The translations under genes and the position numbers were made by a program. This document shows, one piece after another, positions 41,859-53,695 of a stretch of 64,000 nucleotides of DNA; the stretch's first letter is position 1, and the number at the start of each line of letters is the position of its first letter. This stretch comes from Paraspadella gotoi (taxonomy: Eukaryota > Animalia > Chaetognatha). The notes under the pieces were generated by a model that worked only from the letters and a program-made list of their open reading frames with translations, did no database searches and had not been told where the DNA came from. The stretch is taken from positions 8,711,083-8,775,082 of the forward strand of contig CM119271.1 in NCBI GenBank assembly GCA_051294375.1, given 5' to 3'.

Positions 41859-42905
41859 TTATTTGATCTGATTTATTATTCAAATGATTGTCTAATTGTT
41901 TGAATCATTTATTAAATGTGATTGATTGATTGATTGATAGTTGGTATTATTATTTGATTAATCAAATATTGAATTGATCTATTGATTGATTGATTGATTG
42001 ATGATGATTTTTTTGATTGATTGATTGATTTGATTGGTTGATTGATTGATTGATTGATTGATTGTTCGCTTGATTATTTGCATGAATGATTAATAAGAAT
42101 CTGATCCATTGATCGTTGAATTGATTCATCGCTTGTTTGATTGATTGATGCTTGATTGATTGATTGATTGATGATTGCGTCACCGTGCTCTGAATCATCT
42201 TTTTCCTTCCAGCGTCACCGTCGTCGTCGCGTTTCGGTCGTCGAGAGTTTTCTCCGCGAAGGAACGCCGATCTGTCATCGATAAATGATAAATGATGATG
42301 ATAAATGATAAACATGATAACATTATCATTAATTAATGTAAAGTAAATTAAAATATGTTTTAAGCTAAACTTTGAACTTGAGCGTTTGCGTTTTTGAAAG
42401 GTCCGAGGATGGTAGCGACGGTCCATGTATCGTCGGCGCTTCTGTTTTTTTTAGAGACATGAAACCATGACGGGAATGGAGGAGACAAGGTGAGACAAGG
42501 TAGGACGAGTTCAAGACGACACGAGGCGAGTTCGTATCATTTTTTTTTTTAAATACTTCCCATTACAATCATGCAATCAATTCGGGTCACCCCAATCAAT
42601 TAATCAAATCGACGCAACCCGCCTTCGATCAACTTCGTCGGAACAAATCAATCAATCCAATCAATTAATCAATTTCCTCTATAGATCGTACGATATCCCA
42701 ATTTCCGATCAATCAATTAATCAAGGAAAACAATCATCACGCAATCAAACATCAATCAATCGATCAATTCATTAGTTAATCAACCAATTAAACATTAATC
42801 AGTCAATCATCAAACAATCCCCCCGCGTTAATTCACTTAGAGATCTGGACGATGGGTTTGAGAGTGTTGCCCATCTTCCTGGTGGAGATGAAGTCCAACT
42901 CGAGA
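41539..42905 (-). pseudogene. fabp: Second, 5'-truncated and frameshifted copy of the FABP gene (probably an allelic or artefactual duplicate); exons ~42905-42837, 42441-42371, 42271-42184, 41705-41539
   Basis: Near-identical to 54527-53165 with scattered small indels; exon 1 is cut by the 25-N gap at 42907-42931. Confidence 0.75.
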
Positions 42906-42937
42906 ANNNNNNNNNNNNNNNNNNNNNNNNNTCAAAG

Positions 42938-43304
42938 TTTTTAGTTGTGCCGCGAGTACTCGCGGAGCAACGGTATAAGTCACTTTTCGGTCAGTCTGTC
43001 GGTCGGTCCGTCGAACAGTCGGGCAGTTGGTATATCTGTCTATCAGTCTGTCCCACTTACGTTAAAAATGCATATAATTCGCATTTAGGTTGTTGCTCAT
43101 TTGTTAAAACAGAAAAAAAACTTAAATCTAAGGGACTGCTAGCTCCGACTCATGAATATCTAAAACTATAAAGTACAAAAGATAAAATTTCGATGCAGTG
43201 CATGTCATGTCATGTCATGTCACGTCATATCAGGTGATCAAAGAAAAATACACGAGAAAATAAAGCCATTGAGGCGCAACACATTGGAATTATCGTTCTT
43301 GTTT
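42938..43304 (+). mobile_element. HINE copy (duplicate of 32537-32927)
   Basis: Same structure, within duplicate B. Confidence 0.72.
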
Positions 43305-45797
43305 TAAAATTAAAGGGCAGTCATTAAATTATACTTAATTACCGAACGTCCATAATTCGGCCGCCAAATAAAAAAAAAGGAAGTTGCCCGTTAAAAATTA
43401 GTCCTTTATAAAAGAGACAAATGAGCGGCGATCGAATTTCATAAAACAGCGACTCGATATCGATTGCCCTCTCCCGACTTTCAAATGTTTTTTTAATGTT
43501 TCAGGCACACAATGTTTTAAATCAAATGTTTTTCAAAGATTTCTTTGCTTTTTTCGTTAAAAAAAAATAAAATCGTCGTTTGATTTTTCGATTTTCCAAG
43601 AAAAACTAAACTTACGATTTCTTTTGTTTTCCAATTTTTCGATCAGTTTTTTATCGAAATTTTTCAGAATTTTTATTTTACAATACTTCTTTCGCTCTTT
43701 TAGTATCTCTCTCCTCTCGACTCTTGCTCTCTAATTATCCTCGTACATCTCATCTTCTCTTCTATCTGCCATCTTGTGCTTTCATTAAGTGCTGTTTCGC
43801 TCGACGTATACATAACACTGCTTTCATACATTTACACTGGTGCTTTCACTTTTTATTTTCACTTTTTTGACTTTTTCCACTACTACAATGACACAAAATG
43901 CAGATAAAACCGGACAGACGAATCTGTAGGCTTGTTTCAAATCCGATGTCTTATCTCTCTCTGCTTATCTCTCGTCATTTCGTCTCTACGTCTCTCTCCG
44001 TCTCTCTCTCATCTCGTCTTTCTCAGTCTCTCTCTCTCTCTCTCGTCTCTCTCTCTCTCTCTCGTCTCCAAAGCTTTTCTCGCTTTTTCAAAAATCTCAA
44101 ACCCCGGGACGAGAGTCCCCAGAATATGACCCATTTTTCGTTTAACCCCGCAACATCGAGCTCGATAAAGAGTAAGAGATATCGATACGCAGACAGAGAG
44201 AGAGAGGATTAATGGTCTTGATTTCTGTTCGAGTTCTAGACTCTCTTTTCTCTCCCGTGTCATTTTTTTTCAGCCTCGGTCCCGAGAATTAAACAACTGG
44301 TTTTATTACACAAAAGAAAAAAAAATTCGATCGTACAACCGAACAGTATTTAAAAGACACAAAGTCGTTATCGCTACCGAACTGAATTTCTATAATTTCT
44401 ATAATACTACGACCCCTTGCGCGTACGTCCTAAGTTGCTCCATCGAAATTCGGTCCGGAATTCCGACCGGAATTTTCATCGGGTTTCCGAAAAATGCCAT
44501 CGATACGATTCCATTTCAATACGTCTCTCTGATTACAAAAACACGCCCCCCCCTTCCCGGCCGCCGGATGTATCTCCCCTGCGTTGTAGCGTCGGCGCTG
44601 TCGGCGGCGCTGTCGGCGCTCTCGTCCTCCGGCGTGCTGCTCCGCGAAGTGACTTTGGTCTTCCGGTGTTGGTTGACGGGCGATTCCATCTTTGATTCTC
44701 AGCTCTTCGACTTTAACGTCACCGAACACGAATATTTGTGGTGAAAATAAAACATGAATCAAAAACAAACAAACAAAGCTTAATACCTTGTTTGATCGAT
44801 ATAAAAAAAACATGTTTGCATATATATTTACTATTCGACTAAATAACAAAATTCTTTGTGCCGAAAAATCACGAAAACAGAAGCGGTTTTGTCCTCGAGG
44901 GAAAGATAAACCTGACAACAAAAAATTGTCGTCAACGAAGCAGACGATTTTGACAAGAATTTCCAAACTAATTGAACCGACAATTGTCAACGAACCTCAA
45001 TTAATTTATATATAAATCTTTACCGCCCGACAAAAGCAAATAAACATTTTTTCTCGCTAAAACAAATCTAATCGAAATCGAGGCTCGTTTTCAAAGAAGT
45101 TTGCCAGTAGAGCCGTCCAACGCCCCGAAGAGAAATCGAGGTCCTCGGGAAAAAAAAGAACAAAAGGGAAACCGAGTCATTTTTTGTAATATTTTTGTAT
45201 GAAGGAAAAATGTTTTCATAGTTTGTTGATGTGTCTATTTTTAGAATGACTTTTTATGGGTGATTTTTTTGTGTATTTACGTTTTTATAAAAGAAATATG
45301 AATTATGTCACAGAATCTTTTTTTTTTGGTTTTGTTTTGACAACTTAGTTTTATTTCTAAGCTCGACTGCATCTTGACTTTTAAACCTGCAAACCTGTCC
45401 CGTCGATTGAATTCGTCGCTCCTCGCCCCTCGGGCGCCGTCAAATAATTTTTTTTTTCAAAGTTAAAATCGACGGAAGATCAAAGAATCAAAAAAACAAA
45501 CTTACCGTCAATTAATCTTCTTCATTTCATCTAACTTACCTTTTTTTCTTTCCTTCTTCTATTTTTTTTAATCAATTCTCTTCAATCTTCGAGTTTCGTC
45601 ATTATTTACTTTGATAAAAATATTCTGAATTCTCTAACACGTTGTATTTACTTTGATCTCTTTCCTAATCCTTTTAAATTCCTTTTTAACCATTCTTCGT
45701 TAATCTTCTTCGATAAGCCCCCTCACTTTCTTTTTCTCAATTTCTACTTCTTTGTCTCATCCTATTATATTTTGATGAATATCTGAAATTTGTCAAA

Positions 45798-46158
45798 TTT
45801 TTTAGTTGCGCCTGCGTGAACTGTCGGTCGGGCGGGCGGTCGGTCGGTCGATATGTCTGTCCGTCGGTCTGTCCCACTTACGTTAAAAATGCATATAATT
45901 TTCCATAGTTGGTTGCTCATTTGTTAAGACAGAAAAAAACCCTCAAATCTAAGGGACTGCTAGTGCCGGCTTCAGGAATTCCTAAAACTATAAGGAATAA
46001 AAGACGGAATTTTGATGCAGTGCATGTCATAAATACAGGGGAGAATAAAGTTTTTTTAGTAACGTCATATCATGTTATGTCATATCATGTGAACAAGGGG
46101 AAATACACGTGAAAATAAAGTCACTGCGGAGCAACACATTGGCATTACCGTTCTTTTT
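45798..46158 (+). mobile_element. HINE copy (duplicate of 35345-35712)
   Basis: Same structure, within duplicate B. Confidence 0.7.
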
Positions 46159-47283
46159 TAATTTGCTACCTAATACTATTTTTCCTCCCTCTTATCCTCT
46201 GACATCTCCTTTGCTTAACATTCTAAATTTCTAACTAATTCCTATTTCTTTTCCCTCGCATTATCCTTCTATACCTCTCCTTTTCCTTTTCATTCTTCTT
46301 TAAATACTTATTCTACCTCTCATTCTCCTTCTCATTCTCCTTCTTAACGCCTTCTGTCTCCCTTTTCATTCTACTTTAATTTCTCCTTCTTCTCCTTCTC
46401 TATTTCTCTATTTCTACATCTCTCCTTTTCCTTCTCATTCTAATATGTTTTCTGCTTCTCCTTCTCATTCTCCTTCTAAACGTCTTCTGTCTCCCTTTTC
46501 ATTCTAATTTAATTTCTCCTTCTTCTCCCTCTCATTCTATTTCTACATCTCTCCTTTCCCTTCTCATTCTAACATGCTTTCTGCTTCTCCTCATTCTCCC
46601 AAACACCTTCTTTCTCCCTATTCAATCTCCTTTAATTTCTTCTCCCTCTCATTCTCCCTCTCCCTCTCCTTCTTACTCCCCCCTCCTTCTCAATTCCTCT
46701 CCATCTCCTCCTCCCATTTCTTTCCCTTTTGTTCGAATAAATCGCGATTTAAGTGTCGCTTCTTTTTTTTTTTTTTTTTTTCCAAAGATTCCTGATGAAC
46801 GCATCTCCTTTCCGAGCGCATCGCTTAGTCATTACTATCACAATCTCTATTTTCAAGCACTCTCTCATCTCTCTCTCTCTCTACTCTCTCTCTCGTATCT
46901 CTCTCTCTCTCTCTCTCTCCTTTCCATTTAGCCCATTGTTCGCCGCTCCCCCCCCAAAGCTCTTCCTCTCTCCCTTCGTTTTACACACTATCCTGCTCTC
47001 CTCTCCTCCCTCCTCCTTTCCATTATAATCCGTCACATCTTTTCCTTTCACCTCATCAAAAAAGACTGATGTCTTCTTTTGTCTCTCATTTCTGCTTTGT
47101 CCCGCTCCCCCCTTTGCCTCCCTGCCCCTCACCTCCCCTCTTCTACCTCTTCCCTGCTCCCTCCTCCTCTCTCTTCCCCTCTCTTCCATTAAGCGCTGAA
47201 ACTTCTTGTGAATTGTTTGTCTTTATAAGTCTGTAATCTCTCTCTCTCTCTCTTCTCTCCTCATCTCTCTCTCTCTCCCTCTG

Positions 47284-47322
<39 letters not shown>

Positions 47323-48185
47323 ACCGTGTCTGCGACCAATCCATCTCTGTCTGCACTTTGTTTATGCATCTGCATAAGTCTTAATGTCAGTTTTTCCCTT
47401 TCCCATTCGTCTCTTCACAGTCGGATCATACAGTCCTGATATCTATCCTGATATTTATCCCGAAAGAAAAGAGAATATAAATCGGAGAGCATTTTCAGAA
47501 GGTTAGTGCCCCTGTAGATTTTGGCCTTCTTGACATGCCTGAAAAAGAAAGAAACCATTAGTTATGACTTTCAATGGATTCTGCAAGCTAATACAAGCAA
47601 TCAAAGCTTTCCAAGCGGCAATTTGACAATCAATAACTCAGATTTTGAGCTTAAAAAAAAAAACAGCCGACAAACGCTACGCCAAGGTACGAAAGTTTCG
47701 ATACGAACGACGCTCGTCCAAAATCTATAAGCCTTAACGAAGACAATTTTAAAACAACTTTTCCAACAATATCCGACCCTTTTTTTAAACACAAAACAAA
47801 CAGTCCAGACCAACGTTTCAACTCTGTCGGAATCTTTGTCTACACAACGACCTCCGTTGGACCTCAAACAAAACAAAAAAAAACAGAACAAGTATCACCC
47901 TGTTTTTTTGGTGTGGGGTTTTGTTTTGCCCCATTCGTCTTTTGTTTACTTTTTTTTTTCACAAAACCGATTTCGAATTCATGACGTCCGATCGATCGAT
48001 TATACGCGGGAATTTTTATCCTTTTTTTTCCTCCCTTTTCCCCTTTCTTTTTTCTTTTTTTTTTTCTTTTTCTTTCTTTTCATTCCATCGACGCGAAAAT
48101 CGCTCAATCATCCACTTGATTTTTTGAGTTCTGACGTTTTTATGCAAATTTCTCTCTCTCTCCTCTCTTCTCTCTCTCTCTCTCT

Positions 48186-48254
<69 letters not shown>

Positions 48255-49062
48255 CTCTCTCACTCATTCTTATATTTCCCCCGGACTTTTTTTTTCTTCG
48301 TCAATTTTTTTTTAATCGCAAACGAATCCAAAATTTCGTGTTGACGCCTGACGAAGATCGAGGGCCTCATTTCATTTCATTTTCATTTCATTTCATTCCA
48401 TTTCATATCATTTCAGTTCGTTTGTATTGCATTTAGTTTGTATTTCATTTCATTTAATTTACATTCATTTTAATTACTTTCATATCATTTCTTTTTTTAT
48501 TTCTTTTCATTTCATTTCGTTTCATTTATTTAATTTATTTATTTAATTTATTTATTATATTTCATTTAAATCATTTAATTTCAATTTATTTCATTTCATA
48601 ATTTTAACGAATTGAGCGAGAAAATTAATTTATGAATGGAAAAACATTGTTAAATAAAAATTTATAAATAAAATTAAATTAATCAAAATAGACCCGATAA
48701 TGCACCTACCAAAAGAAATTCAAATTATAATAATGAATATTTCAATCCGAAATGAATGTATAAACAGAATGAATTTTAATGAGATCAATTGTAGGAATCC
48801 CGAAAAAAAACTGTGAAAAATATACATCACCTGGTAAATGGCCGTTGGATTGAATTAAACTAAAACGCCATAATACTTAATTAAAACAAGCGAATGATAA
48901 ATGATTCTAAATTTCAAAGAAGAAAGTTTTATCCCAACGAACGGTGTCAATTAATCATTCGGTGAAACGAACAAAAAAAAAACCAGACGAAAATGTTAAT
49001 TGATAAATTATAGTGATTGTGTGCTAATGAAAGGTCCTCTCTCTTTCTTTCTGCCTCCCTCT

Positions 49063-49160
<98 letters not shown>

Positions 49161-49448
49161 TCTCTTCTCTCTCTCTCTCTCTCTCCCCCATTAGCATTCC
49201 TTTAAATAGATAGATGACCTTAAATTTTGTCAACTCACGGTGTAGGTATATGGAAATTATTAAATTGATTAAGAAACTAGAAATATGACTTTTAGTTATC
49301 AAATCAACAAATCTGTTTTTAAGACGTTTCAATTTCTTGTTGTTGATAAAATAAAGTCACAATTATTCAGATAACAAGAAAGAAAGAAGAAAGAAAGAAA
49401 GAAAGAAAGAAGAAGAAAGAGAAAAAGAAGAAGAAGAAGAAAGAGAGA

Positions 49449-49501
<53 letters not shown>

Positions 49502-49556
49502 AGAGAGAGAGAAAAGAGACAGAGAGAGAGAGAGAGAGGGAGAAAGACAGAGAGAA

Positions 49557-49600
<44 letters not shown>

Positions 49601-49640
49601 GAGAGAGAGAGAGAGAACAGAGATAAAGAGACAGAGAGAA

Positions 49641-49710
<70 letters not shown>

Positions 49711-50329
49711 GCGGAAAAATTCATCAACTTTTTTTGGCCTGAGTTCAACGTCGCTATCCATCATTCTTTTTCGTTTCGCGTTCGCATCTCGCGTCGCGCG
49801 CAAACTTGTCACTAGGAGATCCTCCCCTTCTTCTTCTCTTCTTCTCTTCTTCTCTTCTTCTCTTCTCTTCTTCTTCTTCTTCTTCTCTTCTTCTCTTTAC
49901 TTCTCTTTTTCTCAATCCTCCTCTTCTCTATTTGCCTTTTCTTCTCTATCCTTCTTATCTTCATAACCTCCTTTTCTTTTCTACGCTCGATTTTTTTCTT
50001 TTTTTTGTCTTCATCTTCTTGTATTTTGATCCATTGATTACTTATGAAATTGGTACAATCATATAAAAATTATCCTTCATTTAATAAATAGTCTATCTTG
50101 CCCTGACTAATTATAAGTCGTTTGCTCTCTTTGCTTCAAGTTTTCTTTCCTTTCCTTTCCTTTCCTTTCCTTTTTTTTCTTTTTCATCTTTCTTTTCTTC
50201 TTTTTTTCCTTTCCTTCCTTCTTTCCTTTTATCGCTAAAATAATATTTTTTTTCTTATTTTTTGTTTATTTTCTTTCTTATTTGCCTTCATTAACCCATG
50301 TTCTCTTTCTCTCTCTCTCTCTCTCTCTG

Positions 50330-50394
<65 letters not shown>

Positions 50395-51161
50395 TCATCT
50401 CATATTACAAAATTCTGCGGCTCCGCGGAATTTCTCCAATCAACATCATCTCGAACCCAAAAAAAACAACTTTCCCTGCTTAACCCAATCCTCGGTCATC
50501 GATACACGACGACCTAAGAGATACATATCATATTTTGTTTTTTGATAGAAGGATTCTATAGATTCCTCTCTCTCTCTTACCCTGGGTCTCGGTAGTCGTC
50601 CCTTTTTACATCTCTCCCTTTTTGCCGCCTCTCGCCTCTCGCCCTTTCTTCCTCCTCTCTCTTTCCCTCTTTTCCCCTATCTCTCTTCCTCTTCTTTGCT
50701 CCTATGTCATCCCCGAAATTCGTTCTCTCTTTTCTCATTCCCTTCCCCCTCCTCTCTCCTCTCTCCCCTCCCTTCTTCCCCTTCCCCTCTCCCCTTTCTC
50801 CCTCTCTCTCCCCCCCAAAACCATCCCCCTTGTTTCCTCCCCTCTCATCTTTCCCCCCCCCGCCCCCCTTCGAAACCGCCTTGTTCATCGTCAATTATCC
50901 GAGATGATCCATTCATCGAATTTCATCGAAACTCGACGTCGACTGTCACGCGCGTCGCCATGACGACGCGGGAAGCGACGGACCAATCGGAGAGACGAGA
51001 AGACAGAAGGACGGACCAATCGGGAATCGAGTTTGGAATGGAAAGGAAGTATAAAGGGAGGGATGAAACTTTTCTTTCTTTATTTCCTGCCTCTTTCTCT
51101 TTCTTATTTTTGTGTCTCTCTCTCTCTCTCTCTCTCNNNNNNNNNNNNNNNNNNNNNNNNN

Positions 51162-51198
<37 letters not shown>

Positions 51199-52667
51199 AA
51201 TTCATCAACTTTTGGCCTCTGAGTTCAACGTCGCTCATCCATCATTCTTTTTCGTTCGCGCTTCGCATCTCGCGTCGCCGCGCAAACTTGTCACTAGGAG
51301 ATCCTCCCCCTCTTCTTCTCTTCTTCTCTTCTTCTCTTTTCTTCTCTTCTTCTCTCTTCTTCTCTTCTTCTCTTTACTTCTCTTTTTCTCAATCCTCCTC
51401 TTCTCTATTTGCCTTTTCTTCTCTATCCTTCTTATCTTCCATAACCTCCTTTTCTTTTCTACGCTCCGATTTTTTTTCTTTTTATTTGTCTTCATTTCTT
51501 GTATTTTGATCCATTGATTATCTTATGAAATTGGTACAATCAGTATAAAAATTATCCATTCATTTAATAAATAAGCTATCTTGCGCCTGACTAATTATAA
51601 GCTCGTTTGCTCTCTTTGCTTCAAGTTTCCTTTCCTTTCCTTTCCTTTCCTTTCCTTTTGTTTTCTTTTTCATCTATTCTTTTCTTCTTTTTTTTCCTTC
51701 CTTTCCTTCTTTCCTTTTATCGCTAAAATTAACTATTNNNNNNNNNNNNNNNNNNNNNNNNNNNNNNNNNNNNNNNNNNNNNNNNNNNNNNNNNNNNNNN
51801 NNNNNNNNNNNNNNNNNNNNNNNNNNNNNNNNNNNNNNNNNNNNNNNNNNNNNNNNNNNNNNNNNNNNNNNNNNNNNNNNNNNNNNNNNNNNNNNNNNNN
51901 NNNNNNNNNNNNNNNNNNNNNNNNNNNNNNNNNNNNNNNNNNNNNNNNNNNNNNNNNNNNNNNNNNNNNNNNNNNNNNNNNNNNNNNNNNNNNNNNNNNN
52001 NNNNNNNNNNNNNNNNNNNNNCGACGGACCAATCGGGAGACGAGAAGACAGAAGGACGGACCAATCGGGAATCGAGTTGGGAATGGAAAGGAAGTATAAA
52101 GGGAGGGATGGANNNNNNNNNNNNNNNNNNNNNNNNNNNNNNNNNNNNNNNNNNNNNNNNNNNNNNNNNNNNNNNNNNNNNNNNNNNNNNNNNNNNNNNN
52201 NNNNNNNNNNNNNNNNNNNNNNNNNNNNNNNNNNNNNNNNNNNNNNNNNNNNNNNNNNNNNNNNNNNNNNNNNNNNNNNNNNNNNNNNNNNNNNNNNNNN
52301 NNNNNNNNNNNNNNNNNNNNNNNNNNNNNNNNNNNNNNNNNNNNNNNNNNNNNNNNNNNNNNNNNNNNNNNNNNNNNNNNNNNNNNNNNNNNNNNNNNNN
52401 NNNNNNNNNNNNNNNNNNNNNNNNNNNNNNNNNNNNNNNNNNNNNNNNNNNNNNNNNNNNNNNNNNNNNNAGAGAGAGAGAGAGAAGCGGCGTTGATTGA
52501 AGGCTTTTGACAATTGAGCAGCGTTGGCGTTGGGTTGTCGTTGTTGTCGTTGTTGTCGTTGTTGTCGTTGTTGTTGTCGTTAAAAAGAAACACGAATTTC
52601 GTTTGACTGAAACATAACACTTTTTTAAAGTCTGTAGTCGGGCATTCCTTAAGTTCTCCCGCATATA

Positions 52668-52880
52668 AGCATGGTGGCTCATTGAGTAAAGCCATCAGCT
52701 CATGACCACTAGGTACCGGGTTCAATTCTATCCCTGCGGGAAGCGTGCGGAAGACCCTAAACCGCCTTGGCGGCCTTAAAAACACTCAATCCTGGTTCCA
52801 GGATCCGTTCCATGGCTGCTGAGGGCGCCATAGACGTAACGAATAGTAGGTCTTCAACCCATTTTTTTGCGCTCTTCTCC
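52668..52880 (+). mobile_element. tRNA-derived SINE
   Basis: A-box-like GGTGGCTCATTGAG (~52673) and B-box-like GGGTTCAATTC (52718); 3' motif CCGTTCCATGGCTG is shared with the inverted copy at 4635-4855. Confidence 0.6.
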
Positions 52881-53123
52881 GTAAGTCAAATAAAATTATT
52901 TACTTGTTTCCTGTACAAAAAGCAAGATCGACATAATTTCTTATAGCGCTGTCTTCAGAGATAGTTTTATTTTCAATTTAATAAATCCTTTGTTAAACAT
53001 CAAAAAAACTTTCTTTATTATCAAACACTTAAAGGTATAACAATAAAAATTAATGCATCAATCACATTCGTCCGTTTTAAAATTCGATGCCGACAACGAG
53101 AACATTTCTCTCTCCCTCTTTCC

Positions 53124-53164
<41 letters not shown>

Positions 53165-53171
<7 letters not shown>

Positions 53172-53335
53172 CCGAAAAGGTCCAAGTATCTCTCAAAGAG
53201 CGAAGCCCCTCCGCCCCCCTTCCGCGAGTAATGCCTTTTGGAGACGATGCCCCCGCACTTGATGGTCGCCGTCATCGTGTTTCCGGAAACAACGCGCTCC
53301 ACCGTCATGTTCTTTTTCGGCTGTTTGGCGTCCGT
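53165..53335 (-). CDS. fabp: FABP coding exon 4 (terminal)
   Basis: Acceptor ATCAAG|, 171 nt, encodes TDAKQPKKNMTVERVVSGNTMTATIKCGGIVSKRHYSRK...FGN then TGA. Confidence 0.82.
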
Positions 53336-53397
53336 CTTGATTGGTTCGGATTTGATTGATTGGTTTGATTGGTTGATTGATTTAATTTGATTTTTTT

Positions 53398-53484
<87 letters not shown>

Positions 53485-53603
53485 TTATTTGACTGATTTA
53501 TTATTCAAATGATTGTCTAATTGTTTGAATCATTTATAAATGTGATTGATTGATTGATTGATAGTTGGTATTATTATTTGATTAATCAAATATTGAATTG
53601 ATC

Positions 53604-53635
<32 letters not shown>

Positions 53636-53637
53636 TT

Positions 53638-53695
<58 letters not shown>

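Larger units (their letters stand above)
32531..42906 (+). repeat. Tandem segmental duplicate, copy A (~10.4 kb)
   Basis: Starts TCAAAGTTTTTAGTTGTGCC and ends ...CCAACTCGAGA; colinear with 42932-54527. Confidence 0.93.

Noticed and set aside
46790-46825. CTGATGA as a hammerhead ribozyme core (also 36208)
   Set aside because: No stem II followed by GAAA.
51581-52785. Long ORFs of 130-350 aa (also 57239-58058 and 30598-30958)
   Set aside because: Open only because they run through N gaps.
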